A stretch of 41,917 bases of DNA from Thermoplasmata archaeon (GCA_021792595.1 JAJYUI010000001.1:1-41917), one strand, 5' to 3'; positions 9,829 through 18,817 are shown, numbered from the stretch's first letter. Notes: generated by a model not told the origin, from the letters alone. Translations and numbers: made by a program.

Positions 9829-10253
9829 CTCATGTATCCCTGCTTGTATGCGTAAAACACTGCGAACAGAGGCATTGCGAAGAAGAGGAGCGTTTCAATG
9901 AAAGGATAGAACCCGAGAGTGTAGAAATTAAAGGCCCACGGGAAGAGAAGAACAATATCCACGTCAAAAAGGACAAAGAGGAGCAGCACCACATAATACT
10001 GGACGCTCACGTAGTTCCCGAACTTGCCCCTTGAAATTTCCCCAGACTCGTATGGATCAAGGTAAGAGGTGTCCCTAACCGGAGGATCGGCCTCATATGC
10101 GAGATTCTTCAGGATTTCAGAAGGCTTGAAAGAAATCCTTTTCTTCGGATTATACCGGCTGGCGTTTATTGAAGGGATCGCGGAGAGTGCCAGTCCAACC
10201 GCAACACCCATTATGACCAAAATCAGGGCCAGAGGTATATACCCATCCGACAT
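9816..10253 (-). CDS. nuoA: NADH-quinone oxidoreductase subunit A
   Basis: The first gene of the cluster. It has the motifs ..YESGE.. and ..[12 protein letters not shown]... At 145 aa it is rather long, with an extended loop after TM1. Confidence 0.85.
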   Translation of the reverse strand: MSDGYIPLALILVIMGVAVGLALSAIPSINASRYNPKKRISFKPSEILKNLAYEADPPVRDTSYLDPYESGEISRGKFGNYVSVQYYVVLLLFVLFDVDIVLLFPWAFNFYTLGFYPFIETLLFFAMPLFAVFYAYKQGYMRWLK

Positions 10254-10273
10254 CGCACCGTAATTTCACGAAT

Positions 10274-10281
10274 TTATTTAA
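10274..10281 (-). promoter_or_regulatory. Putative TATA box of the nuo operon
   Basis: The minus strand reads ..CGAAAACAGTTAAATAAATTCGTGAAATTACGGTGCG-ATG(nuoA). The TTAAATAA box ends 20 nt before the ATG, which implies a leaderless or very short-leader mRNA. An A-rich BRE-like stretch sits just upstream. Confidence 0.35.
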
Positions 10282-10334
10282 CTGTTTTCGGAGCAAATTT
10301 TTCGGCATTTTGAGACGATTCCCATGCAACTGTT

Positions 10335-12140
10335 TCAGGCGACGTACGTCATGGCTTCAGAGGCGTCAAAAGGCCTCATGGTTTTCTTCTTCAGAAGGAA
10401 GATAACATTTTTTCGTGTTACTTCCTCAGACTTCCTTATCTCCTCAATGGCTGCCTGAAGTTCCTTCCCGTTCAGTGGCATTGCCTCCTTCATTCCGGCA
10501 ACTTCCCCAGGGGTCCTGCCAAGGGATATCTGCAGGGACACCGCGTTTTCCACGGCATACCTTGGCCACTCCATCTCGCGGCACAGGCGGATGACTTCCA
10601 TTATGTCTGCATATATCGGTTCTTTCCCTGTCTTCCTTGAAGTGTCAGGTATTATCTGAAGTATAAGTCTTGAAGCAAACCTGGGATCCCCTGTCACCTT
10701 CTCCAGATCCTGGAATGTATCAAGCAGTTCCTTCTCAATTATTGTCCTTGAATCCTGTGTGGATAATCCATGACTCTCGGCAAAGCTGGAAACGTATCTT
10801 TCCTCTCCAATGGGGACCCTTTCCTTCAGAGATTCCATTTCGTTCTCGCCGACAACGATGAAAGGCAGGTCTGTCTCCGGATACATCCTCTCCCCTCCGG
10901 CCAGTGGCCTAAGGAAATAAGTCTCGCCGTTATCCTTTGGGCCTCGGGTTTCCGAAAGATCCCTGGACTGAAGTTTCCTGATCCTCCTCGTGATAAGCGA
11001 TCCGATCTCGTCCACCTTGGACGGGTTGGTAGCGATTATGAAGAATGCATCTTCGCCCGAACCTTCCAGAAAATTCCTCACTTCTTCGATGTCTTCTTCT
11101 CCCAGCCCATATCCCGGGAGCTCATCACTGTGGATCATGCCACCGATTCCGAACTGCTTCAGGACGTCCGCAATCTCCCTTCCGAGCCACATCTCGCCGT
11201 TCCTTAGGAGCCCTTTCATGCCTTTCAGCAGGCCTGCGATCACAATGGACCCACTCTCCACCGAAGTTGCAAGCTTCCTGCTCCTGGAAACAAATTTCAG
11301 GCCGGAGACCTCATGGACCTTGACCTCCGGGAAATCCTTGTTCACACGCGACTCTAGAACTTCCATGGCAGCACCGATACCCTTCTGCCTGGTTATCTCG
11401 TAGTTTACGACATCCCTTATCTGGGATATCCTTGATACGCCTTTTATCTCTACCCTGCCGAATCCCAGCGATAAGTTGACATCCTGCCTTATTGAGTCTG
11501 CCCCTCTCCTCAACATTGAAAGTTCTTTCACGAGGAAACTGATCTTCCTGGCCACTTCCATCGCATGATCCGGGTCCTTCATGTCAGGTTCGGTTGAAAT
11601 CTCGAGAAGGGGAGTTCCCAACCTGTCCAGTGAGTAATTAACCTCTCCGCCCGAATCACTGATCTTCCTGGCAGAGTCTTCCTCCAGGCACACTGAGGAT
11701 ATGGCCACATCACCATGACAGGATTGCACAGTACCTCCCATGGAGACGAGCATTGTTCTCTGGAATCCTGCGGTATTGGATCCATCAACCACTATCTTCC
11801 TCATGACCTGCATCGCGTCCATGACCTTTGAACCGAGACCCATTGAAACGAGCAACCCTGTTTCCAGCGCTTTCCTGTTTGGCATTCCTGGCGGTTCTTC
11901 GTCCATCTCCACAAGACAGCTGTTTGTTGCACCGCTGTACCTGAAGCTCCTGTTTCTTTCCCCCTCATAGATTGCAGCGATATCGGATCTTCCCATTTCC
12001 CCTGTCACCACCCTTAGCCTCCTCCTTACGGGTTCCCCGTATTCCCCGTGGTTCTCCACGGGGCAGTTGCAGAACAGTTTTTCACCCTTCAGCTGCAGGT
12101 GTATCTCCAGCCCTATTTTCAGGGGCGTCTCAGAGTTCAG
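10335..12140 (-). CDS. gatE: Glutamyl-tRNA(Gln) amidotransferase subunit E (archaeal GatE)
   Basis: The track ORF (10335..12059, GTG) is N-terminally short. The same frame stays open upstream and encodes the conserved GatE N-terminus ..LKIGLEIHLQLKGEKLFCNCP... No ATG, GTG or TTG is available, so the 5' end is set at the CTG at 12140-12138, which overlaps the gatD TGA. The exact start is uncertain. Confidence 0.88.
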   Translation of the reverse strand: MNSETPLKIGLEIHLQLKGEKLFCNCPVENHGEYGEPVRRRLRVVTGEMGRSDIAAIYEGERNRSFRYSGATNSCLVEMDEEPPGMPNRKALETGLLVSMGLGSKVMDAMQVMRKIVVDGSNTAGFQRTMLVSMGGTVQSCHGDVAISSVCLEEDSARKISDSGGEVNYSLDRLGTPLLEISTEPDMKDPDHAMEVARKISFLVKELSMLRRGADSIRQDVNLSLGFGRVEIKGVSRISQIRDVVNYEITRQKGIGAAMEVLESRVNKDFPEVKVHEVSGLKFVSRSRKLATSVESGSIVIAGLLKGMKGLLRNGEMWLGREIADVLKQFGIGGMIHSDELPGYGLGEEDIEEVRNFLEGSGEDAFFIIATNPSKVDEIGSLITRRIRKLQSRDLSETRGPKDNGETYFLRPLAGGERMYPETDLPFIVVGENEMESLKERVPIGEERYVSSFAESHGLSTQDSRTIIEKELLDTFQDLEKVTGDPRFASRLILQIIPDTSRKTGKEPIYADIMEVIRLCREMEWPRYAVENAVSLQISLGRTPGEVAGMKEAMPLNGKELQAAIEEIRKSEEVTRKNVIFLLKKKTMRPFDASEAMTYVA

Positions 12141-13381
12141 GAAAAACCACCCCCCAGGTTTCTCTCCAGTATCTCTCCGCGCATGTTTGTTCTCATCATG
12201 TCTTCAAACTCGTCGGAACCATAATTTGCGAGGACGAACATCGCCTTTACGTACGCAACTTCAGGAAGTATGTTCCCCAATCCAAGTGCACCGGCCTTAA
12301 TCAGTCTCTTCCCTGTGGAATAGACGTTCAGGTCAACAATGCCACCAATGCACTGTGAGGTCATGACCACCTTGACCCCTGACCTGGTTATCTTCTCAAT
12401 TGACGGGATAATCCTCTCCGCCACATGCCCCAGCCCTGTTCCCATGATAACGACAGCCTTCTTCCCCTCCACGAACCTTTCAGTGTCTTCGCCTGAAAGG
12501 GTCGGGTTGAAATACAGCATTCCGACGTCAGGATCAAGTTTATCCATTATCCTGTTGCTCTCTCCTGCAGGCAGGAATGAAGTGACCACAGGTTCAGAGT
12601 TTCCCTTTATTTCCCCTATGGGAGGGAACTCGATTGACCTGAACGCATCCCTTCTTGAACTGTGCATCTTCCTTGCCCTGACCGACCTCAGGAGGACTGA
12701 ATCATCGTCGGAAAGGGATCCGTGCATGCAGATCCCGACCTCGCCCATTCTTATCGATGCGAACCTGATGGATGATTCGATGTTAACAAAAGCATCGCTG
12801 CTGGGCCTGTCGGGGCTTCGTTGTGAACCGGTGAAGACGACTGTTCCGGTCTGCTCCCTGAGCATGAATGCAACAGCGGATGACGTATAGCTCATTGTGT
12901 CAGTACCGTGAAATACCACGACTCCTTCCTCCCTGTCGAGGCTCTTCTTTATGCTCCTCGCAAGCTCTACCCACAGTTCAGGTGTCATGTTCTCGCTGAG
13001 GATGTTTGAGACAGAACTGTAATGTACCGGTACGGTGTGCATCCTTGAGAGTTCTTCTGAATACAACCTGTCCATTGTGGAAGATGGCTTGACCCCTCCT
13101 GTGGAATAGTCCACCCTGCTTGAAATCGTTCCACCGGTGGAGAGTATCGCAATGCCCTTTCCATCCTTTCTTCCATCAACCTTTGTGGTTTCCTCTGGCA
13201 CGTTCCTTTTCTGTACCAGCTTGACCTTTCTTATCCTTGACCTGGAGATCCCGGTATTGTACCCGCTTCCTAGCTTTATGAAAATAAAATCCGGTTCCTG
13301 ATGGACAAAGATGCCGGAATATGTTCCACTGTCAGTCTCTACGGAGATGCTGTCCCCAAACTCCGGTTCTCCACTGGCCAT
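12137..13381 (-). CDS. gatD: Glutamyl-tRNA(Gln) amidotransferase subunit D (asparaginase-like GatD)
   Basis: 414 aa with an ..AILSTGGTISS.. asparaginase-type motif. It lies directly upstream of gatE. Confidence 0.92.
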   Translation of the reverse strand: MASGEPEFGDSISVETDSGTYSGIFVHQEPDFIFIKLGSGYNTGISRSRIRKVKLVQKRNVPEETTKVDGRKDGKGIAILSTGGTISSRVDYSTGGVKPSSTMDRLYSEELSRMHTVPVHYSSVSNILSENMTPELWVELARSIKKSLDREEGVVVFHGTDTMSYTSSAVAFMLREQTGTVVFTGSQRSPDRPSSDAFVNIESSIRFASIRMGEVGICMHGSLSDDDSVLLRSVRARKMHSSRRDAFRSIEFPPIGEIKGNSEPVVTSFLPAGESNRIMDKLDPDVGMLYFNPTLSGEDTERFVEGKKAVVIMGTGLGHVAERIIPSIEKITRSGVKVVMTSQCIGGIVDLNVYSTGKRLIKAGALGLGNILPEVAYVKAMFVLANYGSDEFEDMMRTNMRGEILERNLGGGFS

Positions 13382-13421
13382 TTAAGGACAAAAGAGTAGG
13401 CATACATATAACGGTTCTTGA

Positions 13422-14231
13422 TCAGAACAGGGTTCCCTGTGGGTCTCCCTTCAGGCCAAGCATATCGGACAACCGTGACGCATTTCTGGGAGCGTTGCCG
13501 AATGGGTGGTTGTTGAAGTACACGAATACATCATCGCTGCCGCTGGAAATTCTGGATACATATTCCGATATGCTCGCCAGTTCCTCCTCGCTGTAGGAGT
13601 AGTTGTACCTTGTCATCATGTCTGACGGGGACTTCCAGCCTTCATTGTTTCTCCCGTGCAGCCTCACGTAACATGACTCTTTTCCTGAGTTCCCGGTTTC
13701 GATGACGTTCATGGGGCTGTCCGAGATCACGTATCCTGCCTCAAGTTCTGCAAGCCTCCCGGCAAATTTGCTGTCTCCGAACAGTTCCCTGTTCCTGGGT
13801 TCGACAACATACCTGTACTTCCTGGTGCTCAGCGTTGAAAGAAAGCCATAAAGCGTTTCCAGGTTACCCTCGCCGATACCGGGAGGGAGTTGAATGAGAC
13901 AGGCCCCCATGACCCCCTTTCCAGAGAATATAGACAATACGGACGATTCAAAACCTTCGGCCAGTTCAACGGCTTTCCTGATATCCTGAGTGAGTGCATC
14001 GTGGGTGATTGAACCTGGCATCTTGACCGAGAACATGAAATTCCTGTTTCCAGATACGGTAGTAATCCATGCCCTGACAGACTTTCCGGAAGGGATTGAA
14101 TAAAATGAGGTATTGATCTCCACTGTCGAGAACCTTCCTGAATAATGTCTGAGGAGATTGTCTGTCCCGGTTGGATAGAAAGAATGAATCCAGTCCCTGT
14201 ATCTCCAGCCGGAACATCCGACCCTTATCAT
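13422..14231 (-). CDS. DUF72 (UPF0759) family protein
   Basis: The N-terminus MIRVGCSGWRYRDW...FYP......L.HYS.RF.TVEIN.SFY is characteristic of DUF72. Its ATG overlaps the TGA of the upstream acyl-CoA dehydrogenase (ATGA). Confidence 0.8.
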   Translation of the reverse strand: MIRVGCSGWRYRDWIHSFYPTGTDNLLRHYSGRFSTVEINTSFYSIPSGKSVRAWITTVSGNRNFMFSVKMPGSITHDALTQDIRKAVELAEGFESSVLSIFSGKGVMGACLIQLPPGIGEGNLETLYGFLSTLSTRKYRYVVEPRNRELFGDSKFAGRLAELEAGYVISDSPMNVIETGNSGKESCYVRLHGRNNEGWKSPSDMMTRYNYSYSEEELASISEYVSRISSGSDDVFVYFNNHPFGNAPRNASRLSDMLGLKGDPQGTLF

Positions 14232-15364
14232 AGGTTCTTGAGGACTTCCCTTGCTATGATGACCTTCTGGATCTGGTTGGTTCCTTCGTAGATCTGGGTA
14301 ATCTTTGCATCCCTGACATGCCTTTCAGCACTGAAGTCGGTCGTGAATCCATAACCCCCTAACAGCTGAAGTGCATCCACTGTGACCTTCATTGCCATAT
14401 CCGAGGCGAAGAGTTTTGCCATCGCGGAAAGCCTCACCGAATCCTTCTTCGTCTCCCATGCGTCTGCTGCAGCGTATGTCAGCAGCCTCGCGGCCTCGAG
14501 CTGCGTGGACATGTCGGCTATCATGAACTGGATGCCTTCGAAATCGGTTATTGCCTTGCCAAACTGTTTCCTGTCCCTTGCATAGGCGATCGCTTCATCT
14601 ATCGCAGACTGGGCGATTCCCACTGCCTGGGCAGCAATCCCCACCCTGCCTGCATCCAGGGTCTCCATTATGACCTTGAATCCTTCTCCCTCCTTCCCAA
14701 TAACGTTGGCCTCTGGTACCTCTGCGTCCTCGAAAACAAGTTCCACGGTGCTTGAACCCCTGATCCCCATCTTGTCTATGTCCCTGCTGATGTGGAACCC
14801 TTCTGTGTCTGCATCAATGACGAAAGTCGTGATTCCCTTGTATCCCTTTGACGGATCCGTTACAGCGTCGAATACGAAAAACTTTGATATCCTGCCATTC
14901 GTGATGAACGTCTTTGTTCCGTTGATCACGTACTTGTTGCCTTTCTTCTCTGCCCTTGTCTTTATAGAGGCTGCATCGCTTCCCGCTCCCGGTTCAGTGA
15001 TTGCAAGACCGCCCACAGCTCCAGAGGCTACCTGTGGAAGATACCTCTTCTTCAGGTCTTCTGATCCGAACATCATGATGGGTTCAGCGAAGAGCGTCTC
15101 GGCGCCGTCCAGCACAAGAGCTGTGCTTGCACAGGCAGATGACATGATCTCTATTGCCCTGACAAGGAAGGTGAAACTCAGGCCCGCACCGCCGTATTCC
15201 TGCGGTATGTAGGATGCGAAGAGTCCAAGTTCGTTCATCCTGTCGATGATCTTCTGGGGAACGGATTTCGACCTGTCGATCTCCATGGCAAGCGGCTTTA
15301 CTTCTGTATCGGCAAACTTCTTCAGTACTTCCAGTACCTGTTCCTCATCCTCGGTTAGATGCAT
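14228..15364 (-). CDS. Acyl-CoA dehydrogenase (short/medium-chain type)
   Basis: 378 aa with ACAD signatures (..GLAITEPGAGSD.. and ..QIYEGTNQIQKVIIAREVL..). Confidence 0.9.
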   Translation of the reverse strand: MHLTEDEEQVLEVLKKFADTEVKPLAMEIDRSKSVPQKIIDRMNELGLFASYIPQEYGGAGLSFTFLVRAIEIMSSACASTALVLDGAETLFAEPIMMFGSEDLKKRYLPQVASGAVGGLAITEPGAGSDAASIKTRAEKKGNKYVINGTKTFITNGRISKFFVFDAVTDPSKGYKGITTFVIDADTEGFHISRDIDKMGIRGSSTVELVFEDAEVPEANVIGKEGEGFKVIMETLDAGRVGIAAQAVGIAQSAIDEAIAYARDRKQFGKAITDFEGIQFMIADMSTQLEAARLLTYAAADAWETKKDSVRLSAMAKLFASDMAMKVTVDALQLLGGYGFTTDFSAERHVRDAKITQIYEGTNQIQKVIIAREVLKNL

Positions 15365-15467
15365 TGCATGGGCATGCTTTTATTCACTATAATTGTTGAT
15401 TCTGCAAGTCAAGTCTAGTTGTATTGCACTACATAACGATTATAATAGGAGTCTTGGATGAGTGGCC

Positions 15468-15929
15468 ATGACTCTGCAAGTTGGAACGAATGCCCCTGAT
15501 TTCACCCTGAAGGATCATGATGGCAGGGACTTCAGGCTGTCTGAACACGTTGGAAAGCAGGAGATAGTCCTGTACTTCTATCCAAAGGATGAGACTCCTG
15601 GTTGCGTAGCCGAGGCATGCAGCTTCCGGGATCACTGGGATGACTTCATGGACAGTGGCTCAATGGTGATTGGCGTCAGTTCAGATACGGAGGAAAGCCA
15701 CAGAAAGTTCATCGAGCACAGGAAGCTCCAGTTTCCCCTGCTTTCCGACAGTGACAAGACTGTACGCAAGTTGTATGACTGTGCAGGATTCATCATACCC
15801 AAGAGAGTAACCTACATAATAGACAAAGAGGGCAAAATCAGGGGTGTGTTCGATTCGCAGATGAACACCTCCGGGCATGTGGAAAGCGCCCTGAAGGTGA
15901 TCGCCTCCATCAGAGAAAGTTCCCGGTAA
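15468..15929 (+). CDS. bcp: Peroxiredoxin, Bcp/PrxQ type
   Basis: Contains ..VGTNAPDFTLKDHDG.. and ..YFYPKDETPGCVAEACSFRD.. (peroxidatic Cys motif). The ATG at 15468 is preferred over the GTG at 15462 used by the track. Confidence 0.9.
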   Translation: MTLQVGTNAPDFTLKDHDGRDFRLSEHVGKQEIVLYFYPKDETPGCVAEACSFRDHWDDFMDSGSMVIGVSSDTEESHRKFIEHRKLQFPLLSDSDKTVRKLYDCAGFIIPKRVTYIIDKEGKIRGVFDSQMNTSGHVESALKVIASIRESSR

Positions 15930-17016
15930 TCTTCCCGTATCTCCTGTTTAGGTTCTCTGCGATGGCTGAGAGCCTGCTGTCACCCTCCCTCAGGTTTCCG
16001 AGGAGTTCCCGGTAAAATTCAATGCACACGTCATAATCCCTGTAATTGACCGGTTTGGGGATACCATCCTTTCCACCCAGCCCGAATGAGAATTTCACGG
16101 GATCAATCCATGAAGGATCAGAACCATATACCACCTGTGAGAGGTATGATATTGCCCTCATGGCAGATTTTCCGGCTCCCTTTACATCCATGAGTTCGAT
16201 GAAATTCCTGGGTTGCATTTCATAAATCTGTCTCAGCCTGTTCCAGTCCACCCTCACGTCAAGCCTTAACTTCCTGGCATCAAGTTCATGGTTGTCAAGC
16301 GTTGTCTGTCCCCCTTGCGTGATGTGGTCCCTGTATCTCCAGGGATCATCCCGCATCATGTCAACCATTCCCTTCCTGTTCTCTTCACTCTTCAGGGCCG
16401 AAATATCTCTCACCGATTCGTGTGCGGTTTCAGCAGATATTCCGCTTCTACCGTCCCTGAGTCGGTCGCCGAAGGAATCCCTGTGCCAGTGATATCTCCT
16501 GGCCATTCTTTCCTTGCCGTTCATTCCCTGCTGAACAACCGCCCAGTTCCCCCTGTCGTTAACGACAATGAAGTGAAGGTACAGGTCGTAGCCGTCCTGC
16601 AGTAAGTTGTTATCTACCCTCGCCAGTTCCTTGGCCCTTCTCCTTATCTCAATTGAGTCTGTTTCCCTGAGATGACCTCTCTTCACCTGTTTCTCGAAGT
16701 CCTCTGATACACTGGCCATTACCTCACCCTTTCCTCCAGCAACGAATATTCCGGAATCAGTGGAACCGCGGAAATATTCCTTGAGTGCAGAAAGCGTTGT
16801 GGTTGTCGTTCCGCTTGAGTTCCAGTCGAAACCTGTGGCGATAGAAAGGGAATGAAACCAGAAAGGGTCAGAAATTCTCCGTATGAACTCATCTGATCCG
16901 TATTTCTCTGCAATAAGGTCAGCCACGATGCCACTGAGTTCCCTCATCCTCCTGTATAATTTCTCTGGAGGATGCCCGTAATGCAGTGGAAGGTAAGCAA
17001 CTCCGCGTCCAGCCAC
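15910..17016 (-). CDS. Conserved archaeal protein, probably DUF763 family
   Basis: 368 aa with a GTG start. The N-terminus ..LPLHYGHPPEKLYRRMRELSGIV.. matches my recollection of DUF763, but the family call is unverified. Its 3' end overlaps the bcp 3' end by 20 nt. Confidence 0.5.
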   Translation of the reverse strand: MAGRGVAYLPLHYGHPPEKLYRRMRELSGIVADLIAEKYGSDEFIRRISDPFWFHSLSIATGFDWNSSGTTTTTLSALKEYFRGSTDSGIFVAGGKGEVMASVSEDFEKQVKRGHLRETDSIEIRRRAKELARVDNNLLQDGYDLYLHFIVVNDRGNWAVVQQGMNGKERMARRYHWHRDSFGDRLRDGRSGISAETAHESVRDISALKSEENRKGMVDMMRDDPWRYRDHITQGGQTTLDNHELDARKLRLDVRVDWNRLRQIYEMQPRNFIELMDVKGAGKSAMRAISYLSQVVYGSDPSWIDPVKFSFGLGGKDGIPKPVNYRDYDVCIEFYRELLGNLREGDSRLSAIAENLNRRYGKITGNFL

Positions 17017-17091
17017 GTTAAATGATGCACTCCTTTTGCAAATACGTTACCGTATGAAAAGGTTGAATCACGAGATGGCAATTCATTGAGG

Positions 17092-17661
17092 ATGGAACAC
17101 AACCACAATCACGAATTTGACTATGAGAGAATGAGAAAGATGCAGCAGATGTACCTCCCTGACGGCGTGATACTGGAATTTGTAGATCCTACATCCGGGG
17201 ATAGCATTCTTGATCTTGGATCTGGTTCCGGGTATTTTTCAAGACTGTTTGCCTCCAGGAGCGGAGTGACAAAAGTCGTCTCGGTGGATGCCTCCGAAAA
17301 GGCCCATGAAATCCTGAAGAAGAGCCTGGAGGAGGAGGGATTGACCAATGTAGAGCCCGTGAAGGCAGATCTCTGCTCTGATTTTCCAGCCAAAGGGTAC
17401 AACAAGGTATTCATTTCAACAGTTCTCCACGACATCGACTGCAGGGATGCTCTCATGCGGAAACTGAGCGACGGGCTCCCTGCGGGGGGCTTCCTCATAA
17501 TCGTGGAATTTCACAAGGATTCCACGATCGGACCTCCGGGAGAGATTAAGATTGCACAGGATGACTTGATCAAATTTGTGGAATCCTATGGCCTGGTCCT
17601 GAAGAAGAATATTGATCTAGAAGCACACTACATCCACAGGTATGAAAAGAGCGTGAAATGA
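17092..17661 (+). CDS. Class I SAM-dependent methyltransferase
   Basis: Motif I ..ILDLGSGSGYFS.. plus downstream acidic and aromatic motifs. The ATG at 17092 lies 2 codons after the TTG used by the track. Confidence 0.8.
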   Translation: MEHNHNHEFDYERMRKMQQMYLPDGVILEFVDPTSGDSILDLGSGSGYFSRLFASRSGVTKVVSVDASEKAHEILKKSLEEEGLTNVEPVKADLCSDFPAKGYNKVFISTVLHDIDCRDALMRKLSDGLPAGGFLIIVEFHKDSTIGPPGEIKIAQDDLIKFVESYGLVLKKNIDLEAHYIHRYEKSVK

Positions 17662-17709
17662 TCACTCGGGCAGTGTATTTACCCAACAAACTGCTGGGGT
17701 GGTGACAAG

Positions 17710-18265
17710 ATGGCCAGAGTGGATCAGAACTCTGTTCTTATGCTGATAGATGTCCAGAAGGCATGGAAAGAACCTGTGTGGGGCAGGAGGAATAACCCGG
17801 GTGCGGAAGACGCCATGGAAAGAGTGTTGGGGGGGGTTTCGCAGGAGTGGCCTCGGCGTGATCCACGTGAGGCATGAGTCGCCTCACCCCAAGTCCCTAT
17901 TTTATCGTGGCAGGGGAACTTTTGGGTTTGACGAAAAAGTCATGCCTTTGCCTGGAGAAATGGTCATAACTAAGAACACCAACAGCGCCTTCATTGGTAC
18001 GGGCCTGGAGGAGATTCTGCACTCACTTGACGATCCTGAAGTATACATCGCGGGTCTTGTCACTGATCACTGTGTCAGTTCCAGCGCCAGGATGTCGGGC
18101 AATCTTGGGTTCAAGACATTTGTTATTGATGACGCATGTGCCACGTTCGAGAGGAAGAGCCGGGAGGGTAATGCCATCCCTCCGGAAACTGTCCATGCCG
18201 TGAACCTGTCCTCGATAGACAGGGAGTTTGCCAGAGTAATGTCCTCCAGTGAGCTTGAATTCTGA
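17710..18265 (+). pseudogene. Isochorismatase/cysteine-hydrolase family gene, frameshifted in a G8 homopolymer
   Basis: The frame from ATG 17710 encodes MARVDQNSVLMLIDVQKAW..NNPGAEDAMERVLGG and stops at 17875-17877. The rest (..GVIHVRHES..TKNTNSAFIGTGLEEIL..GLVTDHCVSSSAR..) is in the +1 frame (track ORF 17750..18265). Removing one G from the run at 17829-17836 joins the two parts. Confidence 0.75.
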
Positions 18266-18714
18266 TTGAGGAAGAGATTGTTTACCGTCAGCGATCCACA
18301 AGTCTCATGTAGGATTTCTCACGGTTTGCTCAAGATGATATGCAAAAGCAGCAGGCAAATAACCTAATGTCCTGGCTAACTAACATCCGTAAAGGTCATT
18401 GGTAACAGGTATACCAGAACCAGCCTGATTACCACGCTTGCAAATCCATAACATGCCACTTCTCCTGTTTCCAATACTACCTGTTTAATGTGAATCCTCC
18501 TGTTTAAATCCCACACAACCTGCATGATTGTAAACGGAAGCATGCTATGTTCCTGCGGTTATCGGTTCAAAGATCCATAAAGAAGAGGATCTGCTGAAGA
18601 CACGCGACAGATGGCGGTCAGATTTTCCGTTCTCGCTAAACGGTGCTCAAATATTTGTTCAACACAGCGTCTATTTTCCGGCAATGAAATATGCCTTGAC
18701 CCCAAAGAGAAGTA

Positions 18715-18787
18715 TGCGGGCGCCGGGATTTGAACCCGAGGCACGAGCTTGGCAAGCTCGAGTGTTACCAGGCTACACCACGCCCGC
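18715..18787 (-). tRNA. tRNA-Gly (anticodon GCC)
   Basis: The minus strand reads GCGGGCG-UG-GUGUAGCCUGGUAACAC-U-CGAGC-UUGCCAA-GCUCG-UGCC-UCGGG-UUCAAAU-CCCGG-CGCCCGC-A. This gives a 7-bp acceptor stem, a 5-bp anticodon stem, a GCC anticodon in a 7-nt loop and a T-arm with UUCAAAU. No CCA is encoded. Confidence 0.9.
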
Positions 18788-18809
18788 TTGCCGTGGTGAT
18801 AGAATATGA

Positions 18810-18817
18810 TTTATTTA
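18810..18817 (-). promoter_or_regulatory. Putative TATA box of tRNA-Gly
   Basis: The minus strand has TAAATAAA ending 22 nt upstream of tRNA position 1, which is typical archaeal TATA spacing. Confidence 0.4.

Noticed and set aside
10670-15212. Plus-strand ORFs of 137-183 aa inside gatE, gatD and the acyl-CoA dehydrogenase (e.g. 10770..11207, 12339..12890, 14670..15212)
   Set aside because: All are antisense to well-supported genes, and their products have low-complexity Ser/Pro/Leu-rich composition.
18559-18744. 61-aa minus-strand ORF
   Set aside because: Its 5' part overlaps the tRNA-Gly gene body. It is better explained by the tRNA plus non-coding DNA.
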